Positions 22,623 to 33,001 of a stretch of 64,000 nucleotides of DNA are shown here, in pieces (position 1 is the first letter of the stretch; each line of letters opens with the position of its first letter). A program made the position numbers and the translations under genes. This stretch comes from Anthoceros angustus (taxonomy: Eukaryota; Plantae; Anthocerotophyta). The DNA is taken from positions 310,001-374,000 of the forward strand of contig VJWM01000173.1 in assembly GCA_010909165.1 (NCBI GenBank), written 5' to 3'. A model generated the notes under the pieces. The model worked only from the letters and a program-made list of their open reading frames with translations. It was not told the DNA's origin and did not search any database.

Positions 22623-24066
22623 TTTAAATTCTACGTTTATGAAGCTTGACGTGAAATACTAATCTCTTGTTTTCTAATGTGTTAGAGCTTAACAAATTAT
22701 AAACTGGTGAATTCAAGAATCCATTGTAAAGTTCACACTTCTGTCCTTGTTTATGCAAACATTTAAATGTTAAAGTTAATGTAATTGAACTTCTAACAAG
22801 TGAATTGCATCGTCAACAAATGAAAGGTACACTTTGATCTCATTTGGAAAAATTGGAGGAATTGTGTTCTCGAGAGCATAGAATATGGATAATCTATCCT
22901 CCAACTGCTCAAAGAAGAAGGTCCTCCAAATTGCAAAAAATAAGATTTGAAGTCATTTGAAAAAACTTATGCTCATTTGTTATCTATTTTTATTATTTTT
23001 ACTGTTATTCTTATAAAGGTTTACTTATATGATGAATATTGATGTACCAGATGGAGTGCGTAGGGGATTCAAAACCTAAACACTTAACCATTATACAAAT
23101 GCAAGAAGGACTACAAGCATTACATGGGAAGTCCAAAAGGCATCAAGTAAGCTTATTTTATCATATTTGTTTCAAAAGTTTGAACTTTTTGTTTGGGTCC
23201 TAGATAGTGAAGACATGTTTCTTGGTTTTAGATATTGGCACTATTTGGAAACTATCATTGAGCAATAGGGACACAGCTTAAAGAAGAGAAAGTGCAAACG
23301 ATTTTACGTCCACTTCATCAAATTATCACAAGTTGCAGAGTGCAAGACTTGGCAATGAACCCAGTCTTGTCCAGAGGCATGTCAGAGAGAAAGGTATCAA
23401 CTTTGTTACAACGTATGAAAATCGGTTGGCACTAAGTTGACGATGGCTTGGGAGTTTTAATCGATCCAAGGAAGCCTCAAGATCTTTTATTGATGGAGAC
23501 GCCCTTCATCAAGTCGAAAGGCAAAGACGTATAAATTTAGCTGAAAAGATAGAACCACATTTGCATGTAGCTTGTGAATCTTTTGACTAGTTTAAATTCT
23601 ACGCTTATGAAGCTTGACGTGAAATACTAATCTCTTGTTTTCTAATGTGTTAGAGCTTAACAAATTATAAACTGGTGAATTCAAGAATCCATTGTAAAGT
23701 TCACTTCGTCCTTGTTTATGCAAACATTTAAATGTTAAAGTTAATGTAATTGAACTTCTAACAAGTGAATTGCATCGTCAACAAATGAAAGGTACACTTT
23801 GATCTCATTTGGAAAAATTGGAGGAATTGTGTTCTCGAGAGCATAGAATATGGATAATCTATCCTCCAACTGCTCAAAGAAGAAGGTCCTCCAAATTGCA
23901 AAAAATAAGATTTGAAGTCATTTGAAAAAACTTATGCTCATTTGTTATCTATTTTTATTATTTTTACTGTTATTCTTATAAAGGTTTACTTATATGATGA
24001 ATATTGATGTACCAGATGGAGTGCGTAGGGGATTCAAAACCTAAACACTTAACCATTATACAAATG
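22102..24066 (+). repeat. ~1-kb tandem duplication (22102-23098 / 23099-24066)
   Basis: The two copies are near identical. The second has many 1-4 bp deletions in its 5' half, and the junction lies at the microhomology ATGC(G)AAGAA. Confidence 0.92.
22830..23090 (+). pseudogene. Degenerate DCL-type terminal dsRBD
   Basis: LEELCSRE..LLKEEGPPNCK|RFTYMMNIDVPDG..ECVGDSKP aligns with the [21 protein letters not shown]|[13 protein letters not shown]. It carries frameshifts, and the donor reads ATAAG instead of GTAAG. Confidence 0.65.
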
Positions 24067-24359
24067 CGAAGAAAGTCAGAGGAGTCTTCAAATCATCATC
24101 GAAAGAGGCTGAAAGTAAGTGTTGTGCAAATTTGAATTTCGTACAAGTTTGTTGAAATCGATTTGGTTTTAGACGTTACTTTTAAGAAGGATACAGTCTC
24201 TAAAATATATTTGATATGGTAAAAATGGTAAAACTTCTAAAATTATCATGACCTAAATCCTGCGTGGATTTTGTTTTGAGATGAACATGACATCCACTAA
24301 TGGACCTTATTGTTTGGTTATGAATCTACGCATCCGCATTCATGAGCACGGGCATCTTT

Positions 24360-24902
24360 CCCCAAAAATTTCCTATGAACACAAGGCTCGAGACCCTCAG
24401 CCCTAAGAGTTCGCATCTCTGCGGGAAAGAATTCCTACGCTCACAAGGCTCGGGACCCTCAACCCTATAGGTTCGTAGCTTTGCGGGAAAGCTACGCTCA
24501 CAAAGCTTGGGACCCTCAGCCCTATAGGTTCACAGCTCTGTGGGAAAGAATTCCTACGCTCACAAGGCTCGGGATCTCCAACCCTAAAGGTTCGTAGCTT
24601 TGCGGGAAAGCTAGGCTTGGGACCCTCAGCCCTATAGGTTCGCAGCTCTGTGGGAAAGAATTCCTACGCTTACAAGGCTCGGGACCCTCAGCCCTAAAGG
24701 TTTGTAGCTTTGTGGGCAAGAATTCCTACATAACGGCTCGGGACCCTTAGCCCTATAGGCTAGGGACACTCAGCCCCATAGATTCGCATCTCTGCGAGAA
24801 AGAATTCCTATACACATAAGGCTTGGGTCCCTCAACCTTATAAGTTCGCAGCCTGGTGGGAAAGAATTCCTATGCACACAAGGCTGGAGACCCTTAGCCC
24901 TG
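24360..24902 (+). repeat. ~62-bp tandem repeat array (about 9 full or partial units)
   Basis: The unit GGCTCGGGACCCTCAGCCCTATAGGTTCGCAGCTCTGYGGGAAAGAATTCCTACGCTCACAA repeats with starts at 24385, 24447 and onward. Confidence 0.92.
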
Positions 24903-25209
24903 CTTCCTATATAACCACAAAACAAGAAATTGCACAAACCTTTCAAATCCATTCTCATCTTGTCACAAGCTGAATCTGGCAAGCTTTGCCCCGATTCCAG
25001 TGGGTCTGAGCTGACTATCAGGCTTGCAATCCTTAATCCATGACTTTCGCCTCCCGCAACATCCTTGCAGATTTTTTTCTAACGGATCCAAAGCATGTGC
25101 TGCGACACCCTAGCTCCTCTTCCTACTTTTCTCCAGTAACAAAAGCCAAGCCTTTGCTTTACAAATTTCACTTTGATGTTCTAGCAAGTGCCTTTTCAAA
25201 ACACGATAA

Positions 25210-25540
25210 TTTTTGAAGGGGGGGAATATAGTAACCCCTTCTACGAGACAAGACCCTTGTCCTAAGAACACCTTTCCTAGAACAAAGATATCCTCTACTT
25301 GATAATGCGATACCCTTCGAGGTCATACCTTTGATAAAAGATGCACTTTCAAGTCTACACCGAGAACCGGAGCATGTGAGGGTGGGCCGTTTATGCTTTA
25401 GTAGAATGCATAGAGGGCTGCCATTTTCATATGTTTATTACAACCGAAAACTTTTACTTTCAAGTGGTGGAACACAACGAAAACAATCCTATACTAGCGG
25501 GAGTCTCATTTTAGTGGTTGTGAGAACATTGCAACAAACA
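25210..25540 (+). mobile_element. Possible LTR-retrotransposon 3' end (polypurine tract plus degenerate LTR start)
   Basis: TTTTGAAGGGGGGGAATA followed by TAGTAAC resembles a Ty3 PPT/TGTAAC junction. No second LTR or pol sequence is visible. Confidence 0.3.
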
Positions 25541-25699
25541 ACTGCTAAAAGAGGAAGTGGTCATCAACATCGGCAATAGTCCAGCGGTATGCCCGTGTGG
25601 AAGCGCGGAGAGGCGCCGCGGCGCCTCCTTCCGCGTGCCATTGTGTCCTCCTTCCACGCACTGTCGTGGCACTTCCACGCTTCCATCAAAATTCAGTGA

Positions 25700-25915
25700 G
25701 CTAACCCCGCAATGAAGGCTAACCTTAGAAGCAAATGCTGAAATCCAAATCGGCCAGATGCAGTCGGTCCAGTGTAGAGGTACTCCTTCCACGCACTCCC
25801 CACGTGGCACTTCCGAAATTGATAACCCCAGAAGCAACCTGGAATGAAGGCTAACCTTAGAAGCAAATGCTGGCAAATCGAGACTGCCGGTCGAGTGTAG
25901 AGGGTACTCCTTCGA
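25700..25915 (+). repeat. Two-copy ~132-bp direct repeat
   Basis: AATGAAGGCTAACCTTAGAAGCAAATGCTG occurs at 25711 and 25843, each followed by AGTGTAGAGG..TACTCCTTC. Confidence 0.8.
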
Positions 25916-27789
25916 AACATCTCATGTCACGGTGGACAAAAAGCGAGAGGGTAAGCTCAAGTGTGGTTGTACAACTCCTGCGAGTCAAAGTGCCAAGATA
26001 GTGATGATGACAATGCAGAGAAGTGGACCAAGTGATGGGAAGGATTGAACTACGGGGATGAGTGAAACCGAAATCGCTTTTTCCCGGGGTCCCGAGTTAA
26101 TGTTGTAAGTCAGTTCTTGATGTTCGAGTTAGGAAATACCTGTGGCTTTTTGTGGTGTCATAACAAACCACATTTTCCTTTCAAACCGAGTTCTGATCGT
26201 CCCTTCCGCAAGAACGGCCTTCCTCACCGTTCCTACTTTGCATTATTCCCTAGGTTCGAGTTTGCGACCATTCGATACAAACATTCGATGGAAAGTAGTA
26301 ACTTCTTGGTGACACCTTTTTTTGGTTGTTTTTCGCAATGCCTTCAAAACGCTGTTTTAGGGCCCATCAAAAACCCCCTTCAGAGATTATTTGCGGGAAA
26401 GCCCCCTTCGAGATTATTCACCCCCTTCAAAAATTATCATGTTTTAAATGCATCAGTCTTCTCTTTCAGCTTTTTCAGGTCTTCCATGAAAAGTGCCATA
26501 GGAACCCCTAGTAAACATGCAAAGTTGGCTTTTTTGTGATCAAAGGCATGTACATCCAAACATAAACCATAAATAATCAGCGGTTACATTGTACACTAGC
26601 ACACTACCAACAATCATTGCAACAAAGACTTATAAAAGGTGTGCGCGTCCACCGTGGACAGATTTCACAAGTCCTCCTACCACGACCCTCGAAGCAACAA
26701 ATAGCACACGGAACAACGTAATGCTACCTAAATATGCTTACTTGGCAAGATTGTGCTTGGGAACTCCATTCTTCCCACCTGCCACCAGTCTTCCTTCCTT
26801 GTGTCATGACTTGTGATGTCATTGACCAATGATGTTTGTAGTTTGTGAAAGCCTGTGACACAGTAGCTATATGACAAGGTGTGTGCAAGGCTGTAACTTG
26901 TGTATGAAACTATGCTTTGCAAGTGAACTTAGACAAACTGTTAAGATGCAATGTAAGAAGCACACCACGGGATCAAGTTTAATTAAAGGAATCACAATAT
27001 AAATAAAAGTTACTAGGAGATTAGTACCGGTTATTAAATTAGTAATTATTATATAACGAGACTAAGAACATCGAAGTTAGGAAATCGTTAGGGACATGCT
27101 TGAAAGTCAGTTTCTACGCAAAAGAAAGTATTCTTTTGGAAGTTCTTGCGCAAAGGCTAGAGTAGAACGATCTCTGTGCTCATCTTTTACGTTTTGAAAC
27201 TTTAATGCAAAATGGTAAGCTTGGATGTTCTAATCATTGATTAGAACATCCAAGCACAATACATAAGAAAACAGCGTAGAAAATATGATTCTATTGATAG
27301 AATCATATTTTTGTATTGTGTATTGTGTATTTGTTTGTGTATTAAATGCCTACATAAGAACACAACTTCGAAAGTTGTTAGATCAGCAAATAACTTCTCA
27401 GAGAAGAGAGCCCAGCACATTGTGCTTTCTTGCATATAATTATAGGCAAAGACCATAGTTATTAAACCACTTGGCTCCTGCATATGTCTTGGTGTCGCGG
27501 TCATTTTGACTCAAAGCAATTCATGCCAGACAGTGGAAAGGGACTGATCAACCCATTAACATGTCTTGATGCAAGACTTATTAAAGCACGACACCCGCAT
27601 GCTTTACGTTACTTTTTCCATTCCGATGTTGGCCACGTGGTACCCTTAGCTACCTGATTACCGTACAGCATATCAAGCATAGTTTGGCACGTTCCAAACC
27701 CTTCATTTCAATCTTTCAGATAGGTCCGACAACCTATTTTAGATATTTCTTATTTTTGATAATTCTGTCCTAGGCTTGCGAGTCATATG

Positions 27790-28330
27790 TTAAACAATGC
27801 CTCCTTAATGGTCCCACGCAACAATGAACAGCGCAAGTACACAAGGATATACCACAACATAGCCCTACTACTTGTATATAGCAGTGACGTTATAGTAGGT
27901 TTGATGCCATGCTATTCAGCTATGGAATCAAAGTGTTGCGACCCTCGTAGACCAGTCCCTCATGACCGAATGCCATACTAAAAGCCAAGTAAAGGTAGCA
28001 CCAACAGGCTGAATGCCAGCAACTAACATCTCCTCAAAACAAGCTAGTGCATGCCATGTGACCACCATAGACCAAGATATTAGGGCATTCCATGTCACCA
28101 CATCCTTTGTGTTCATGTTGTCAAAAGCCTGGCATGCATCTTCGAGTTCACGACATGTTGCATACATGTCCACCAGGCTGCGCAAGTCTTCACCACTACG
28201 CTATGAGCAATCCAATGTTTGACAATCTGTGAGTAGTGCAGCTGCCCGCCCTGCTGTAAGGCACCAATGCTTGCACAAGCCTTTAGAAGGCAAGTTGAAA
28301 TAAAATCAATGTTGCACTTGGCGGCTACTC
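27790..28330 (-). pseudogene. PLS-class PPR gene fragment
   Basis: Reads CLLKACASIGALQQGGQLH..SLVDMYATCRELEDACQAFDNMNTKDVVTWNALI..ALACFEEMLVAGIQP, with frameshifts and stops. Confidence 0.85.
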
Positions 28331-28399
28331 TTCGTGCCATCAGACAGCAGGAAGCCTCCACCCAAGCTGCGAGGCTCTGCAAGGCGCTGGGACATCTGT

Positions 28400-28940
28400 G
28401 GGCTACTCGGGAGTTTGTCTTTGGAAAAGGTGCGCCTCTGGCCCGTACTCACGACATTCAAAGGGTTGATCTGATTGGCGTCCTTGTTTCTAGAGCAACA
28501 TCGTAAGGAGGGATCAGAGAAAACCGGGAAGGTAGTATTGTCGCAAGTACAAGTCAGCCTGCGGAGGATCCCTTCAGGGGCCTGATGGGATTCCTTCCCC
28601 GTATCGCCCGCATCCATGTGTCCATGAACTTGGTCTCTCTCCCTTTTGAGGGCCTTCAGCGCATGGATGTACAAGACTCTTCAGTGGAGTGTTCTCGACA
28701 TAGGGGTGCAACCCACATCCTTGTTTGAATTTGAAGTCACCGGATTGGTTCATGGAGAGGGAGGCCCGATGCATCCGGTAAAGATTGCCCACTTGATGCA
28801 TATGCCGGAGCATTTATGGGGGATTGGATTCAGCAAGCTTTGATTGCAAAGGCAATCAAATCCTTTGTGGGGAAGTGAAAGGATGCCTTCACTCAGCTGC
28901 AGCGTAGGGGCCATCTCGCAATGGAGATGCGGCGGGCCCT
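28400..28940 (-). mobile_element. Degenerate non-LTR (LINE) reverse transcriptase remnant
   Basis: Motif relics occur in the expected order across frames: LSLPHKGFD (cf. LDFxKAFD), CIKW, SGDFKFKQGCGLHPY (cf. RQGCPLSPY) and CDNTT (cf. ADDTT). Confidence 0.4.
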
Positions 28941-29360
28941 ACCCGCGGAATACCTTTTGAGTCCCTACGAGTAGTAGGTGAAGAGCGTAGATATCCCTTA
29001 GGACTAGCCTTTTGGTGGAGCGTATGCTTTGGTTGGATAGATAGTGTAGTGCTTGGGGAGTGGTGGAGGGGATTCGCCTCTTCCCTCCCCTCTCAAATAC
29101 CCTCCGACTGACATAAGTTTTGTCGACGGTTAGACAAGTGCACATGGCAAGTTTGGTAGGACGCAGCAACCATAGGAGGTTCTGAGACAGGTTTGTAAAT
29201 AACCTTGATAGATATAGAGACGTTTACACATTGAAAATAAAGAAAACATATCGATAGCCAAAATGAGGCCCGTCTCCTCCATTTGTCCATACACAACAAG
29301 CGCCTCTTAGGCGAGTCCCAGCAATCACAGTATTCCATATGATCACATTCTTTGTGTTTG

Positions 29361-29405
29361 TATATATATATATATATACACATATATATACATATATATA
29401 ATATA
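29361..29405. repeat. (TA)n microsatellite
   Basis: Directly visible. Confidence 0.9.
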
Positions 29406-29414
29406 AAAATCTAG

Positions 29415-29500
29415 TGTGTCTTCCAGTTCATCACATTTTGCATACATGTCCACTAGGCAGGTGCCACCACTACGTTGTCCACTACTACTACATATATCCA
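29415..29500 (-). pseudogene. Short second PPR fragment
   Basis: GTCLVDMYAKCDELEDT is the canonical PLS-PPR motif. It is truncated next to the (TA)n tract. Confidence 0.7.
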
Positions 29501-31382
29501 TCAACAGGGGTGAGTAAATATTGATAATGAAAAGGGCTATCACTTGTAAGGCTTGATATGCGTGGTACCAAAACTTGACGTGCATGGGCTTCCTTTTCCT
29601 AATGGGAGGTTAGCCTTGGATGTACTTTGAAAGAAATGGATAGTTTTATATTTTATTTCATGTGAATATTGACTGAGTTCAACAACTCTTTATTACATGT
29701 GTATAAGTCTCTTGGAACTAACTTGTAACACTCAATAAGATTATTTATTTTATTTTCATCTAAAAATAATATAGCTATTTTAAATATCTCAGCAATGGTG
29801 ATATGAATAAACACTCATTACTTTATTGTATGGTATATCCAAGATAACAATCTTCAAGTTTATAATATACTCCAATCATGTTAGGACACTTCTTGGCTAT
29901 CAATTCATCATGTATGTATTGAATGCAAGTTTTACACTGTAACTTTGTGCGCATAGTTGCCTTCATAAACCCATCAGAACTCCAAGAGTAGCATGAAATT
30001 GTGATTGCAAGTGTAGCCGGTAACTGATTTCCACTTATGGAAAATTGAGTTTTATACTCCAATTTCTTTGGAAGGTCATTTGGGAATCTCAAGTATGCTT
30101 CGTGGGGTGCTTGACGAAGTGTTATAGTCAAAAGATTAATAAGTTCTGGGGAAACTAGTTTCCCTGCACATATAAAATCTAGCACATCCGTTTGAGGTGG
30201 GAGTTCTGGTCCATAAATTTGAGCTGATGTGTTACGAAGATTTCGATAGAAGATGAATATAATCATTATTAGGTTTAAGAAATGAAAAATATTTGAAGAA
30301 TTCATTATAAATGATAATAGATGGTGTAAAATATATAGAAGAAACTATAGAAAAATATTGTGCAATATATCAATCTATGATCTTTGCTTTGTTGGTCATG
30401 AATTGATTCACCAATTTGTACAAAATGTTAAGATCGATCATAAGAAACAGCTTGATCTTTGCTATCCAAATAATTATGATATTATGTGATTAAGGAAATA
30501 ATCATCATGCACTTCTTGTTCGAAATAGAACTTGAAAACCCCTCATACCTATAAGTTGTTAAAGGGATTTACCTCTTCTCTTGGTGCACATATCAAAAAA
30601 TAAACGTATCATAATATTTCACGTATAATTTTTATGCATATCATAAAGGTTATTTTTTTGATATTTAGATTTTTAATAGTAATAATAATAATTTTAATAA
30701 ATTTTAATAGTATTTTTTTGATATTTAGATTTTGATATTTAGATTTTTGATATTTTGTAGAATATATGATATATATATATTGTTAGTAATATATTCTACT
30801 TCATCTCGGAAGGAATCAAAAGATGCAATAAGTTCTACTATTTGATAAGAAAAAAGGTTAGAATACCTAATTAATTATAGAGACCTTAATATACTACCTG
30901 GACTTTAATAGACTATGTATTAAGATAGTCTGTTTAGAGGCTTGTTGAAAGCAATTCACTTAGGTCTGGAAATCGATCACTAGATGAACGGGGCTGTAAG
31001 AGGCTGCTACTTCGGCAGTGGTGGAAAACCCTAATGGCGAAGGACTGTCGCATGAACCATGAACAGAATGTCACCGTCGAGGATTGAAATTTGTGAAGGC
31101 TAAATACTTGGATACTGTGTTTCGAAGGGATTGGCTGGTCTGCTCTGAATAGACAAAAGAAATGAGAAATTGTATGCCCGTTTCCAGCGCGAGATTTGTA
31201 AGGACTAATAGGATATCGACAGGGCCTACAGCTTCGCAGGTTTTCCTAGATTACCGATCTTCTGCCTGCCACGTCTTATCCTGAGGCTTCATTTATCACG
31301 GCTTACGCACTTCGACTTCCCAGTCATTCAGCATTCAGCCATCCCGATTGTTCCCTTTGTTCTGAGCGCGAGGAGACTGACA

Positions 31383-32488
31383 ATGCCGCTCTTCCACCAC
31401 AAGGGCGCGGGCAATGATGGAGACGTCGAGTACGACGACACTCCCTACAGCGGTGGCTACAACATCGCGCTGTTCTACGGTGACATTCGGACATACTCGC
31501 CGGAGACTGGCTACGCGGAAGGAGGAGCTGCGGGTGGCAATTACCTCCAGGGGGATGAGGGCAAGGTGAGGCCATCGTACGGGAAGCCGGCCAAGCCGAG
31601 CTACCAGCAGGAGGAGCAGGGGTATGGAGAGGAAGGGGGATACGGAGGAGGTTACGGCGGGAGGAAGCCTAGCTATGGCAGATCGGAGGAGGAGGAGGAG
31701 GGGTACGGAGGGAGGAAGCCTAGCTATGGCAGATCGGAGGAGGAGGAGTACGGAGGGAGGAAGCCTAGCTATGGCAGATCGGAGGAGGAGGAGTACGGAG
31801 GGAGGAAGCCTAGCTATGGCAGATCCGAGGAGGAGGAGGAGGGGTACGGAGGCAGGAAGCCCGACTATGGCAGATCTGAGGAAGAAGAGGGATACGGAGG
31901 CTATGGCAGATCTGAAGGCTACGGCCGGTCCCAGGAGGAGCAGGGGCACGGCGGCTACAGACGGAATGAGTACGGTCAGGATGAGGGATATGGAGCACGA
32001 AGAACCGGATACGGAGAGTCCGAGGAAGGATATGTAAGCTCTTTGTGACTCGTATGCTTGTGTTTCAAGGGCCGGCTCGATCCATCAAGAAGGGCTCTGA
32101 GTTTTTCTTGGTCATCGAGCCGGCTGATGGATTGTCCCTTTTTTTTGGAACCTTTCCTTGTGTGAGGTGTGCAGTGTAAGTCCGTTAGAACGTGCTGTGT
32201 GGTGAGGAAGCTTAAACAGGTCCCTCTGCCATCCTCAGATGCAGCTGGCTGTGAAAAGATCGGAAAGCCATTTTGCAGGTGGAGTTGGAGATGGTCCAAG
32301 CTTGTTAACTTCCTAGCCGTTACTCTTGTCGGATGATGCATGTGTATTTGCAGAAGCAGCAGGATGGTAGTGCTGAACATAAACAGAAGAAGGAGAAGAA
32401 GAAGAGTGATAAGAAGGAGAAGAAGAGTCATAAGCATGATAAAAAGAAGAAGGGGTCAAGCCGTTCATCATCGGACTCCGATGCCTGA
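31383..32488 (+). CDS. At5g39570/PLDrp1-like Gly/Glu/Tyr-rich repeat protein
   Basis: The N-terminus EYDDTPYSGGYNIALFYG and tandem RKPSYGRSEEEE repeats match the family. The donor is at 32034. The terminal exon is 32354-32488, or alternatively 32524-32595. Confidence 0.85.
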
Positions 32489-33001
32489 GACGTAGCTCAC
32501 ATATGCTTGGTGCCATTGACTAGGGACGAGAGGAGCGCCGCCACGGGAGGCAGGAGGAGGTGGAAGAGCATCACCACGATAGGAGGCGGTGGTAGGGGAA
32601 TCTCTCGGCGTCACCTTGGACTGTTGGCCTGCTGAAGCATCAATGTTTTGAAGAGTGGCAAGGTGGAATGCAGCTTGGGTGTCGACAGACACGACGGGCA
32701 AAGTCATGTGTGAATCTACAAGTGGTCATACAACTATCCTGTTGTACACATTTGTATTTGTTTTATGTGTGACAAGAAATCGAATGAATCATTTGCAGTA
32801 CCTACTGTGCCTGGATTTCGAAAGACACTACGGGCAACGGCATGTATGAATCTATAAGTGGTCGTAGAACTGTCATGTCGTTCACATTTTCATTCCTTTC
32901 ATGTGTGGCGAGAAGTCGAACGGATCGATCATCTGCAGAACTCTCCGATGCATTTTGAAGAGGAGGTTCGAATTTCCAGAGAACTACATTCAGGGAGCAC
33001 A

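Noticed and set aside
24360-24902. CRISPR-like array
   Set aside because: The units are contiguous degenerate repeats without spacers, in a eukaryotic context.
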